DNA of 64,000 bases from an uncultured candidatus Porisulfidus sp. (GTDB lineage Bacteria > Pseudomonadota > Gammaproteobacteria > Poriferisulfidales > Poriferisulfidaceae): NCBI GenBank assembly GCA_965204575.1, contig OZ241993.1, positions 448,001 through 512,000 of the forward strand. The letters are read 5' to 3'. The notes beneath the pieces are model-generated. The model was not told the origin of the DNA. It did not search any database and was given only the letters and a program-made list of their open reading frames with translations. Shown piece after piece: positions 38,746 to 49,894 of the stretch. Both the position numbers and the translations under genes were made by a program. Positions within the stretch are counted from its first letter, which is position 1, and the number at the start of each line of letters is the position of its first letter.

Positions 38746-38768
38746 AAACGCCTCCCGGAGGAGGCGTC
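38746..38768. terminator. Hairpin between convergent vWA and ankyrin genes
   Basis: acgcctcc-cgga-ggaggcgt with an A-rich left flank. Confidence 0.55.
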
Positions 38769-38816
38769 GGGCCAGCGATACTCTCACTGGCGGGGATCGA
38801 AATTGTACACCAAGAT

Positions 38817-39455
38817 TTAGCCTGGGTGGGTCAAGATTTCTGGATCCATATTTATTTTCGCCCCAGCATTAACCAGAAGTTGCTGGATTTGAAAGTTTGA
38901 ATTGTACCGAGCCGCAAGGTGCAACGGCCTGTTCCCATTTCTGTTTTCCGCATTGACGTCTGCGCCTGCGTCAATCAGAGCCTGCAATGCTTCTTTGTTT
39001 AAATTGTCCTCCGCCGCATAATGCAACGGCGTGCACCCGCCTCCACTTTTCGCATGAACATCTGCGCCCGCATCAATCAGGGCCTGCAGGACTTTCTTCG
39101 AATTGTGCGGCGCCGCAAAGTGCAACGGCGTGTACCCGCTCTCGGTTTTCGCACGAACATTCGCGCCCGTGTCAATCAGAGTCTGCAGGACTTTCTTCGA
39201 TTTGTTCCGCGCCGCATAGTGCAGCGGCGTGCGCCCGCCCTCGGTTTTCGCATGAACATCCGCACCCGCATCAATCAGAGTCTGCAGAACTTTCTTCGAA
39301 TTGTCCCCCGCCGCAAGGTGCAGCGGCGTGCGCCCGAACTTATCTTTCACATGAACATCCGCGTCCATGTCAATCAGGAACTGCACGACTTTATTCGATT
39401 CGTCAAAAGCCGCGTCAAGCAACAGCGTCGTGTCCCTACTCTCGTCCTTTGCCAT
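38817..39455 (-). CDS. Ankyrin-repeat protein
   Basis: Five G-x-(T/R)PLHxAA...LIDAGADV repeats plus a degenerate N-terminal unit. Confidence 0.93.
   Translation of the reverse strand: MAKDESRDTTLLLDAAFDESNKVVQFLIDMDADVHVKDKFGRTPLHLAAGDNSKKVLQTLIDAGADVHAKTEGGRTPLHYAARNKSKKVLQTLIDTGANVRAKTESGYTPLHFAAPHNSKKVLQALIDAGADVHAKSGGGCTPLHYAAEDNLNKEALQALIDAGADVNAENRNGNRPLHLAARYNSNFQIQQLLVNAGAKINMDPEILTHPG
38915..39415. repeat. 99-bp tandem repeat encoding the ankyrin units
   Basis: tgca(a/g)cggcgtg recurs at 39022, 39121, 39220 and 39319 (period 99); a more divergent copy at 38920. Confidence 0.9.
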
Positions 39456-39523
39456 ATGTCCCTATGCTACCACCCTAGCCTGAGAGTAGCCCCTGAACAA
39501 ATAACAAGGGGGCTTCAGAGTTT

Positions 39524-40318
39524 TCATAGCCGATGGGTGATCGCCAAGCGAAAGACTTCAAGTTCATTTTCAACCCTATATAAGCAAGGTTCCCGAGGGC
39601 CTCCCGGCCCGCAAGGGTTGTTGCCAGAGCGATTCACGTGGTGGTGGTTCTTTCCAAAATCCAGGTGAAGCCCCTCTAATCGCACCACCCAGCCTCCAGT
39701 CAACTGGACTTCGGCGCCAAGCCCGGCAACCCAGCCGGTTTCCGTCGAGCGATCATGAAAGGAATCGTCGAGATCCACCATCGCAGGTCGGTTCGGTCCA
39801 AAATCAATGTCGGTGACGAAGTTTTCGATCCGGGCCCATGCCATCCCTCCCGTGGCAAACACCGTCACAGAGCCGAACGATTTCTCGATTCCGACCCGGA
39901 CCGTGGTGATCCACTGAAACTCCGCCACGGCCGTCTCGTCAAGACCCTGGGGGTCGAGCTGGTTGGTCCGTGCTTCCAGGTCACCAATGGTCCCGTCCAG
40001 TTCAAGCCGGATCGAGGCATCGCCGAAGGTGAATTTCTTTCCGATCAGCGCGCCGCCGACGAAGCCGGAGTCCTTGTAGCGAGTCACTGAACCGGGATTG
40101 CCCCAGTTCGCAAAACCATCCGTATCGATTAGTCGATTGTCGGCTTGGGCGGAACCCACGAAAACACCCGCATAGGCTCCCGACCCATGGGGGCCCGACC
40201 AATCTTCCGCAGCAAAAACGGGGCCGCTTGCCGCAGCGATGAGCAGGGCGAACGCACCCAACGCCATTCCGTACAAAGCACCATTGTTCCTGTGTTCAGG
40301 CAAAGAAAATAGTTTCAT
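39524..40318 (-). CDS. Outer-membrane beta-barrel protein (Omp25/RopB-like)
   Basis: Signal peptide; DWSG..GAYAGV; GWVAGLGAEV; WVVRLEGLHLDFG; start ATG 40318 or 40348. Confidence 0.75.
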   Translation of the reverse strand: MKLFSLPEHRNNGALYGMALGAFALLIAAASGPVFAAEDWSGPHGSGAYAGVFVGSAQADNRLIDTDGFANWGNPGSVTRYKDSGFVGGALIGKKFTFGDASIRLELDGTIGDLEARTNQLDPQGLDETAVAEFQWITTVRVGIEKSFGSVTVFATGGMAWARIENFVTDIDFGPNRPAMVDLDDSFHDRSTETGWVAGLGAEVQLTGGWVVRLEGLHLDFGKNHHHVNRSGNNPCGPGGPREPCLYRVENELEVFRLAITHRL

Positions 40319-40361
40319 TGTTACCTCGCTCCATGGCAATCCGGCCATGCTCGGTTGGGCT

Positions 40362-41093
40362 TTAGTCGATCCGTGTTCCGCGGTGGATCGCCACGATCCC
40401 GGCGCTCAGATTGAAATACTGGCAGGATGCGAATCCCGCGGCACGCATCATTTCGCGCAAGGTCCGTTGATCCGGATGCACGGCGATGGATTCCGCCAGG
40501 TAGCGGTAGCTGTCGCGATCCCCGGCCACCAGTTCACCAAGCTTCGGCACGGCCTGATGCGTGTACGCATGATAGAGCGGCTCCAGCCAAGCGGCCGGTT
40601 GGGAGAATTCGAGCACGACCGCCAGTCCGCCGGGACGCAGCACCCGGTACATATCCTGCAAGCAGGCCGAGGGGTTCGTGAAGTTGCGCAGGCCGAACCC
40701 GACCAGAACCCGGTCGAACGACTCCGACTCGAAAGGGAGCGTCATCGCATTTCCCTGTACGGCCGGGATATCCGTCAAACCCTCGTCCAGCAGCCGGTCC
40801 CGGCCTTGGGTCAGCATGCTGCTGCTGAAGTCGCATAGGACCACCTGTCCTTCCGGGCCGACCTTCGAGCGAACCAGCCGGGCCAAGTCGCCAGTGCCGC
40901 CAGCGAGATCCAGCACACGTTGACCCTCCCGGAGTTGCGCGAGCAGCGCAAACGTGCGTTTCCAGACCCGGTGCAGCCCGAACGACATTAGGTCGTTCAT
41001 CAGGTCGTAGCGAAACGCCACCGACTCGAACACCTCGTTTACAAGACGGGTTTTCTCGTCCGGCTCGACCTCCCGGTAGCCAAAGCGCGCCAT
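40362..41093 (-). CDS. ubiE: Ubiquinone/menaquinone C-methyltransferase
   Basis: YDLMNDLMSFGLHRVWK, LDLAGGTGD, FGLRN, YRYLAESI. Confidence 0.96.
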   Translation of the reverse strand: MARFGYREVEPDEKTRLVNEVFESVAFRYDLMNDLMSFGLHRVWKRTFALLAQLREGQRVLDLAGGTGDLARLVRSKVGPEGQVVLCDFSSSMLTQGRDRLLDEGLTDIPAVQGNAMTLPFESESFDRVLVGFGLRNFTNPSACLQDMYRVLRPGGLAVVLEFSQPAAWLEPLYHAYTHQAVPKLGELVAGDRDSYRYLAESIAVHPDQRTLREMMRAAGFASCQYFNLSAGIVAIHRGTRID

Positions 41094-41097
41094 AGGA

Positions 41098-41463
41098 CTA
41101 GTTTTCCGTGACCTTCCGCTCGATCCCGGCCTCTTTCAGGCGGTCCAGGTAACGTTGCCAGCGCATCTCAAAATCGCGGCCCAGTTCGTACAGGTAGTCC
41201 CAGGAATAAATGCCCGTATCATGGCCGTCGCTGAACATCAGTTTCACCGCATAGTGGCCGACCGGTTCGATCGCATCGATGGCGACGTCTTCCTTGCCGA
41301 CCTGTAGGGTTTCCTCTCCCGGACCGTGGCCCATGACTTCGGCCGAAGGTGAATGTACCCGGAGATATTCGCAACTCAGCCGAAAGCGCTCTTCGCCGAA
41401 CGCGAGTTCCAAGACCCGGGAACGTTGATGCAAGTGCAGTTCTGTCGGAGTATTTTGACCCAT
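41098..41463 (-). CDS. DUF971 / GBBH-like N-terminal domain protein
   Basis: EYLRVHSPSAEV, VGHYAVKLMFSDGHDTGIYSW; typical position upstream of ubiE. Confidence 0.88.
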   Translation of the reverse strand: MGQNTPTELHLHQRSRVLELAFGEERFRLSCEYLRVHSPSAEVMGHGPGEETLQVGKEDVAIDAIEPVGHYAVKLMFSDGHDTGIYSWDYLYELGRDFEMRWQRYLDRLKEAGIERKVTEN

Positions 41464-41490
41464 CCGTATATTTTGCCGGAAATTAGAAGC

Positions 41491-42399
41491 TTAATCCCGC
41501 CGCCGTGCTCGCGGATGCGTGGAATCGTAAGTCTGGGCTAGGTGCTGATAATCGAGGTGTGTGTAAATCTGCGTGGTGCTGATGCGGCGGTGCCCCAGCA
41601 ATTCCTGCACGGCACGCAGGTCGCCTGATGATTCCAGCAGGTGGCTGGCGAAGGAATGGCGAAACAAGTGGGGATGCAGCGCCTGGTCGCTTCCTGAGGC
41701 ACAGCCAAACTGGCGCAGGCGCATTTGCACGTTACGGGCCGACAGGCGCCGTCCCCGCTGACCCACAAACAGTGCGGTCTCCTCGGAATGCGCCATCTTC
41801 CCGCGCACATCAAGCCAACCACGCAAAGCCTTCAGCGCCATGCGCCCGACTGGAAGCTTTCGCTCCACCCGGCCTTTCCCGAGAACCAGAACTTCTCCAG
41901 CCGCCATGTCCAGGTCATTGCAATCCAGCCCCACCAGTTCGGACAGGCGCATGCCACTGGAATACAAGAGCTCGAACATGGCCAGGTCCCGGTATCCCAG
42001 CGGGCCATTCGGCGTCGAATCCAGCAGGCGCATCACGGCATCGACATCCAGTACCTTGGGGAGCGTCCGGGGCTGCCGGGGGGCGCGAACCCCACTCGCC
42101 GGGTTGTCCGCCCGGCGATGGGTCGCCACCAGATGATCGTAGAACCCGCGCAACGCCGACAGGACGCGCTGGATGGATCGCGGGGACCGCCCCTGCCGGA
42201 ACAAATGCGCGGCATAGCGCTGAACGTCGCCTTCATGCGCCTCGGCGGGTTCGGCCGATTGTTCGCCGAGCCAGCGGATGAATTGCCGAATATCGCTGGT
42301 GTAGCCAGCGACGGTATGCACCGAATAATTGCGTTCCCAGCGCAACTTGGCCTGGAATTCCTCCAGCCACTTTTTCGTGTCTTCTTCGAGCTTGCTCAT
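41491..42399 (-). CDS. xerC: Tyrosine recombinase XerC
   Basis: LYSSGMRLSEL, HPHLFRHSFASHLLESSGDLRAVQELLGH, TTQIY; dapF-DUF484-xerC order; ATG at 42399. Confidence 0.95.
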   Translation of the reverse strand: MSKLEEDTKKWLEEFQAKLRWERNYSVHTVAGYTSDIRQFIRWLGEQSAEPAEAHEGDVQRYAAHLFRQGRSPRSIQRVLSALRGFYDHLVATHRRADNPASGVRAPRQPRTLPKVLDVDAVMRLLDSTPNGPLGYRDLAMFELLYSSGMRLSELVGLDCNDLDMAAGEVLVLGKGRVERKLPVGRMALKALRGWLDVRGKMAHSEETALFVGQRGRRLSARNVQMRLRQFGCASGSDQALHPHLFRHSFASHLLESSGDLRAVQELLGHRRISTTQIYTHLDYQHLAQTYDSTHPRARRRD

Positions 42400-43079
42400 G
42401 GAGCCTTCCGAGGCTCGCAAAACCGGTTGATCAAGGCTGCCGTGAGATCGGCCACGTGTAGGAGCAAAGTGGTGTCGCCTTCGCGGTCGATGCCCGGCGG
42501 CAGTTCCCGGCAGAGGATGCCGAAGCGCCGTCTCCGCTTCAGGGGCGCAATGACCAAGGTGTCCGAATCCACGCTTGATTTCGGCCACAGCATCTGTACG
42601 GTTTCGCGATCCGTCAGGATCTGCGGACCCTTTCGGAATACGGTCATGATCGCACGCACTAAGGGCGGATGCTCGGGAATCTTGTATTTGGCGGCAGCGC
42701 GCGGGATTTCCGGTCGCAGCCGAATGGCCCAACCGGCGTTCGGAAAATGGCGAAGCAGACGCCTTTCCTGTGCCTGAATCGCGGCCCCTAGAGTGCCTGG
42801 ACGATCCTGCAGGCTTTCCGCCGCCAGGATCAGGGCATGGTCGATCAGCTTCTGGTTGCGGCTGGCCATCTGGAACAAGGCTTCCAGATGTGCATTGTGT
42901 TCTCGCAACCGGCGGGCCTGGTACGCCTGAAACGAAATGGTCCCGTCCGAATCCCGCGGCAACTGCATCTGCTCCAGCAGTTCCGGCCGGCCAGCCAAGA
43001 AATTGGGGTGTTTTTCGAGCCAAGCCTGAACCTGTGCCGCGGACAGCTCGCGTGACGCAGACTTGGACTTCGGACTCAT
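42396..43079 (-). CDS. DUF484 (YigA-like) protein
   Basis: WLEKHPNFLAGRPELL, ISFQAYQARRLR; between dapF and xerC. Confidence 0.75.
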   Translation of the reverse strand: MSPKSKSASRELSAAQVQAWLEKHPNFLAGRPELLEQMQLPRDSDGTISFQAYQARRLREHNAHLEALFQMASRNQKLIDHALILAAESLQDRPGTLGAAIQAQERRLLRHFPNAGWAIRLRPEIPRAAAKYKIPEHPPLVRAIMTVFRKGPQILTDRETVQMLWPKSSVDSDTLVIAPLKRRRRFGILCRELPPGIDREGDTTLLLHVADLTAALINRFCEPRKAP

Positions 43080-43906
43080 AGTTCCACGGAACCAGTATAG
43101 GCATACTCCGCACTGCCCCGCAACACCACCGGCTGATCCTCGCCTTCCCAGTGCACCTGGAGGTCTCCGCCGGGAAGCGACACCACGACATCCTCCTGAA
43201 GTTCTCCCGCCAGCCGGCCCGCAACCACTGCCGCACAAGCCCCGGTACCGCAGCCCGGAGTTTCGCCGACCCCGCGCTCCCAGACCCGCAGCCGGATATG
43301 CCGAGGCGTGGAGATTTCCATGAAACCCACATTGGCATGCCGGGGGAATCTCGGATGGGTCTCGATCCGGGGCCCCAGAATGTTCACCGGCGCACTGCCG
43401 ATCGCATCGACGGTCAGCACCGCGTGCGGATTGCCCATGGAAACTGCGGCAATTGAATATTCCTTTCCGCCCACCTCCAAGAGGTAAGTGGGGTGGCGGC
43501 CTCGATTCGAAAAGGGAATTTCGTCCGGTTCCAGCCTCGGAATGCCCATATTGACGCTCACCGAGCCGTCATCATGCAGTTGCAGAATGACTTCTCCCGA
43601 AGGTGCGCGTGCGCGCTGGTTCGAGGCATCTGCATACTTTCGATCGGCAGCATAACGGCCCAAACAGCGTGCGCCATTGCCGCATTGCTCCACTGACTGG
43701 CCGTCGGCATTGTAGATCCGGTAGGAAAAGTGGATGTCGGGGTCCGGATCCGAGTCCAGGAACAACACCTGATCACATCCGATCCCGACGCGTCGGTCCG
43801 CGAGTCTTCGCAATTGGGCCACCGTCAGGGAAACCTCACGGTCCCAGGCATCAAGGACAACGAAGTCGTTGCCCAGGCTGTGCATTTTGGTGAAGTCGAG
43901 TCGCAT
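43076..43906 (-). CDS. dapF: Diaminopimelate epimerase
   Basis: FTKMHSLGNDF, EQCGNGARC, SMGNPH, ERGVGETPGCGTG. Confidence 0.96.
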   Translation of the reverse strand: MRLDFTKMHSLGNDFVVLDAWDREVSLTVAQLRRLADRRVGIGCDQVLFLDSDPDPDIHFSYRIYNADGQSVEQCGNGARCLGRYAADRKYADASNQRARAPSGEVILQLHDDGSVSVNMGIPRLEPDEIPFSNRGRHPTYLLEVGGKEYSIAAVSMGNPHAVLTVDAIGSAPVNILGPRIETHPRFPRHANVGFMEISTPRHIRLRVWERGVGETPGCGTGACAAVVAGRLAGELQEDVVVSLPGGDLQVHWEGEDQPVVLRGSAEYAYTGSVEL

Positions 43907-44044
43907 CGGTGCATTTTACTTGCTTGAGCAAATTCTTATTTAAACTAGTAATTTCAGTAGGAAGCAAACCTGTAACTCTGGGAAATATCCCCATTTGGTA
44001 TGATGCGAGAGCCCGTCCAGAAATCTGCTGTCTGAAAGGAGAAG

Positions 44045-44965
44045 ATGGCCAGTCATCCCGCCCAACAAACATCGGCGGAAGCTTTCTCTAAAGCGCCTCT
44101 GCGACCGCATGTGCCCACTGAAAAACCTGGGATTCTCGACAATGCCGACATGGCATGTGAGGATAATCTGAAGTATATGCGGAGGTTCAAGGATGGCGTG
44201 ATGGGCCTAATTGTTACCTCTCCACCATACAACCTTGGAAAATCGTACGAACAACAATCCTCTTTAGATGCCTATCTAGAGCATCAAGACAGAGTGATCA
44301 GTGAATGTGTGCGTTTGCTCAATTCGTCTGGCTCCATCTGCTGGCAGGTCGGAAATTATGTAGAAAAGGGAGAAATTGTGCCCTTGGATAACGTCCTGTT
44401 CCCCCTATTCAAGAAACATGGCCTCAAACTGCGAAATCGGATCATATGGCATTTCGGGCATGGCCTGCATTGCTCACGGCGATTTTCTGGACGATACGAA
44501 ACAATTAACTGGTGGACAAAAAGCGACGATTACACCTTTCATCTTGATCCAGTTAGAGTACCGTCCAAATACCCGAACAAGAAATACTTCAAGGGTCCGA
44601 ATGTAGGAAAACTATCGGGAAACCCCAAAGGGAAAAATCCTAGTGACGTCTGGATATTTCCAAACGTCAAAAGCAATCATGTCGAGAAAACAATTCACCC
44701 ATGTCAATTCCCTGTAGAACTGGTAGAACGGCTGGTGCTTTCCATGACCGACCCCGGGGATGCGGTTTTTGACCCCTATATGGGAGTAGGTTCTTCTGTA
44801 ATAGCCGCTCTGATGCATCAGCGCATAGGCTACGGGTGTGACACCGAAAAGGAATATGTTGATGTCGCGTGGGAAAGAGTCCGCGCGCTACAGTCAGGAA
44901 AGCTACGCACACGGCCAATGGGAAAGCCCGTTTACGACCCAGCAAAACCGAATGGCGGCCATTAA
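44045..44965 (+). CDS. Site-specific amino-DNA methyltransferase (beta class, probably N4-C)
   Basis: VTSPPYN before HPCQFP and DPYMGVGS. Confidence 0.92.
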   Translation: MASHPAQQTSAEAFSKAPLRPHVPTEKPGILDNADMACEDNLKYMRRFKDGVMGLIVTSPPYNLGKSYEQQSSLDAYLEHQDRVISECVRLLNSSGSICWQVGNYVEKGEIVPLDNVLFPLFKKHGLKLRNRIIWHFGHGLHCSRRFSGRYETINWWTKSDDYTFHLDPVRVPSKYPNKKYFKGPNVGKLSGNPKGKNPSDVWIFPNVKSNHVEKTIHPCQFPVELVERLVLSMTDPGDAVFDPYMGVGSSVIAALMHQRIGYGCDTEKEYVDVAWERVRALQSGKLRTRPMGKPVYDPAKPNGGH

Positions 44966-45577
44966 ATGCGCATCGCGGCCAAATACTCGCACATGAATGG
45001 CGAGGAATTTCTACTAGTCCACAAGCCAAAATTGTGGCAGGAGGTTCAAGATGTTATCGCATCAGTCGATGCGGAAGCATGTCGGACTAAAGTCTCGAAA
45101 GAAATAACAAAAAGAGGCAGACGACTTTATTCGCCAATCGATATGAACAAGGCCTTCAAAAATGGATTGGAAGGTTTTGGCTGGAAGTCTGAAAGACGGA
45201 ATTTCTGGGTGACGCAAAACGAACAGTTGCTCCGGGACACTCTGCACATGCTTCCTGATGAGCAAAAACAGGCAATCTTAGGTGCTGGCCATGAGCCTAT
45301 CTTGTCCTACAATCAGACAGATTTCGTGAAGGCGCGAATTGCGGTAGAGGTACAGTTCGGCAAATATGCTTTCGTGGCTCATGATCTGTTCGTAAAACAT
45401 TTAAGTTTTTTTGTTTCAGATGTTATCGACGTAGGCATTGAAATACTCCCCATGAAAGAACTTGAAACCCAAATGTCGTCAGGTGTTCCATATTTCGAGC
45501 GAGATTTACTGAATATCCTGAGACAGGGACGGGGAGTGCCTGCGGTTCCCTTAGTCCTTGTAGGTGTTGCTCCGTAA
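44966..45577 (+). CDS. BglII/BstYI-family type II restriction endonuclease
   Basis: NQTDFVKARIAVEVQFG catalytic motif (E-x-Q), DVGIEI; abuts the methyltransferase. Confidence 0.85.
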   Translation: MRIAAKYSHMNGEEFLLVHKPKLWQEVQDVIASVDAEACRTKVSKEITKRGRRLYSPIDMNKAFKNGLEGFGWKSERRNFWVTQNEQLLRDTLHMLPDEQKQAILGAGHEPILSYNQTDFVKARIAVEVQFGKYAFVAHDLFVKHLSFFVSDVIDVGIEILPMKELETQMSSGVPYFERDLLNILRQGRGVPAVPLVLVGVAP

Positions 45578-45612
45578 ATCTGAATGCTAAATAGCACGTG
45601 AAAGGCTAATAC

Positions 45613-46338
45613 TTAGCCAAATTTTTTAAACACATTCAGAAGCAGAATTTCTAAATGATGTGCTGCCGTGTTGGCACCAACCTTCAAAGAATTTGGATGG
45701 CCACAACTATTGCGGAGGTCAAGGCAACGCTTCAGTTCATTCTTTACATTTTTCCCAATAATGGAACATGCTGCGACCCGGTCTAAAAAATCTGCTTCCC
45801 TCAAGATGCCTAAATCATCCGTTGTCTTTGCATTTTTCCATTTGGGATTCACACGTTTCATCTCTTTATTGAATTCGTCCATGCATTTTTTGCACACATG
45901 GCTTTGCAAGACAGCCATAGCACCGACCCAAGACATAACAATTGCTGATCTATAGAGCTCAGCTTCATAGCATTTAATCGCTTCTTCCACAAAAGTATGT
46001 ATTTCATCATTTTTAATGTGCAAGAGTTCTGTTCGGAGATCCGTCGCCACTCGTATCGCCGCAGGACTGATTTTGGTGACACCAAGATTTCTTAAATGCT
46101 GCTTTCCTGAATCAGTTATTTCCCATCCATCCTCTACTCTAATCGCTAACCCTCGGCTACTGCCCAAAGAGGCCGACAGGTTCCAAGTTTTTGGTACCTG
46201 AAATCCGGCCTCCCTAGCGCAACTTCTTATTTCTTTCACTTGGCATGGTCTATCCCATGTCGCAAGAACTAGTAATAACTTGTCGCGTTGCGACAGTTCA
46301 CGCTGTAGCCAAACCTTTAAGTCACTCCTGCTTAGCAA
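45613..46338 (-). CDS. wHTH + HEPN-like (DUF4145-type) protein, putative RNase
   Basis: N-terminal wHTH ending GWEITDSGKQHL; EEAIKCYEAELYRSAIVMSW; LRNSCGHP (RxxxxH); TTG 46338 preceded by GGAGGAG. Confidence 0.7.
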   Translation of the reverse strand: MLSRSDLKVWLQRELSQRDKLLLVLATWDRPCQVKEIRSCAREAGFQVPKTWNLSASLGSSRGLAIRVEDGWEITDSGKQHLRNLGVTKISPAAIRVATDLRTELLHIKNDEIHTFVEEAIKCYEAELYRSAIVMSWVGAMAVLQSHVCKKCMDEFNKEMKRVNPKWKNAKTTDDLGILREADFLDRVAACSIIGKNVKNELKRCLDLRNSCGHPNSLKVGANTAAHHLEILLLNVFKKFG

Positions 46339-46828
46339 GTTTCTCCTCCAATACCTTCCTTTCTTTAGGTGAAAGTGTGTACGTGTCCTTTCCAACAAGG
46401 CGCAAGCGATCAGCCTTCACCAATCTCTCAAGATACTGGGTAAGGTTGCTGTTGTAAGTCCTCTTGTAGAAGGGCGCGGCAGCTTTCATGGTAGATAAGA
46501 TCTCTTTCCGGCTCACGCTTTCCTTTCCTTCAATCAATACCAACCTCACCGACGCGGCGATTATCAAATCTGGGCCAGATTCCACCGCGAGGATTGTTGC
46601 AATGGTATTCGTAGAAAGGTCAGTTTCAATTGATGGTCTTGCTAAACCTCCGGGGGCCTCACTGGAAGCCTCTCGGCCAGTAGATAAAACATATCTATTC
46701 TCCGTATAGAAACCAATGGTTTTCTCTATGAGATTAAATATGTCCTCTTTAAGAAATGCCTCGTCCCCTTCGTAAGAGACCTCAAATCCGCCCATTTTTA
46801 TATGTATTTTTGCTATATCTCCGGCCAT
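46322..46828 (-). CDS. Hypothetical protein with N-terminal beta-hairpin module and C-terminal wHTH
   Basis: GGAGGT SD; KIHIKMGGFEVSYEG; NLTQYLERLVKADRL...YTLSPK; overlaps the HEPN gene start. Confidence 0.65.
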   Translation of the reverse strand: MAGDIAKIHIKMGGFEVSYEGDEAFLKEDIFNLIEKTIGFYTENRYVLSTGREASSEAPGGLARPSIETDLSTNTIATILAVESGPDLIIAASVRLVLIEGKESVSRKEILSTMKAAAPFYKRTYNSNLTQYLERLVKADRLRLVGKDTYTLSPKERKVLEEKLAKQE

Positions 46829-47058
46829 GGTATTACCTCCAAAAATGATATAATAAGCATATTTGCTTATTCCATCATCTATTATGGCGCCTTTTTTTAG
46901 AATTGCAAGGGTTTATGTTTGGCGCTATGGCGAGCCCAAGATTGTGCAACAGGATGGATGTGCCCTTCCCCCAAGCCTTCTCGCTGTCTTGGCTGCGGGT
47001 TTGCCAGACCGTCGGGATTTGGCTAGAATACGCGCCCCCTGACGGTTCAATCCTCCTC

Positions 47059-47370
47059 ATGTACGCAGTCATCGAAACCGGCGGCAAGCAATACCGTGTC
47101 CAGCCCGGCGACATCATCCGGGTGGAGCGTCTTGCGAACGAGCCCGGCGACAAGGTCGAATTCGACCGCGTGCTGCTGGTGGCAGACAAGAAGAAAACCC
47201 ATATCGGCACACCGCATGTGGAAGGGGGGCGCGTTGCCGCTCAAGTGACCAACCACGGCCGTGCGCCGAAGATCGAGGTGGTCAAATTCCGGCGGCGGAA
47301 GAACTCCCGGACCCGTACCGGGCACCGGCAGCATTGGACCGAACTCGAAATCAAAGATATTCAGGTGTGA
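47059..47370 (+). CDS. rplU: 50S ribosomal protein L21
   Basis: [14 protein letters not shown]...GHRQ. Confidence 0.97.
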   Translation: MYAVIETGGKQYRVQPGDIIRVERLANEPGDKVEFDRVLLVADKKKTHIGTPHVEGGRVAAQVTNHGRAPKIEVVKFRRRKNSRTRTGHRQHWTELEIKDIQV

Positions 47371-47377
47371 GGCAGCG

Positions 47378-47638
47378 ATGGCACACAAAAAATCAGGTGG
47401 CAGTTCCAGGAACGGGCGCGATTCCGAGTCCAAGCGGCTCGGCGTAAAGCGCTTCGGCGGCCAGCAGGTTCGCGCCGGAACCATCCTGGTGCGCCAGCGT
47501 GGCACCCGTTACCGGCCCGGATCTTTCGTCGGCTGCGGCCGCGACCATACCCTGTTCGCCAAGGTAGACGGGACTGTGGAGTACCGCTCCCGCGGGCGCG
47601 AAAGCCGCACGTACGTATCGGTTAATCCGGCCGGATAA
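47378..47638 (+). CDS. rpmA: 50S ribosomal protein L27
   Basis: [35 protein letters not shown]. Confidence 0.97.
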   Translation: MAHKKSGGSSRNGRDSESKRLGVKRFGGQQVRAGTILVRQRGTRYRPGSFVGCGRDHTLFAKVDGTVEYRSRGRESRTYVSVNPAG

Positions 47639-47685
47639 TCCATCCGGCCTGGCTTTCCGGCATGTCCCAATGCCGGAATCCCTGA

Positions 47686-49890
<2,205 letters not shown>

Positions 49891-49894
<4 letters not shown>

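Noticed and set aside
38915-39415. 99-bp repeats as a CRISPR array or DGR repeat
   Set aside because: In-frame coding repeats with no spacers; differences are not adenine-specific; no cas or RT genes
39021-39668. Repetitive plus-strand ORFs (also 38987-39478)
   Set aside because: Antisense shadows of the ankyrin gene
41491-42399. Tyrosine recombinase as a phage or integron integrase
   Set aside because: Canonical dapF-DUF484-xerC context and XerC motifs
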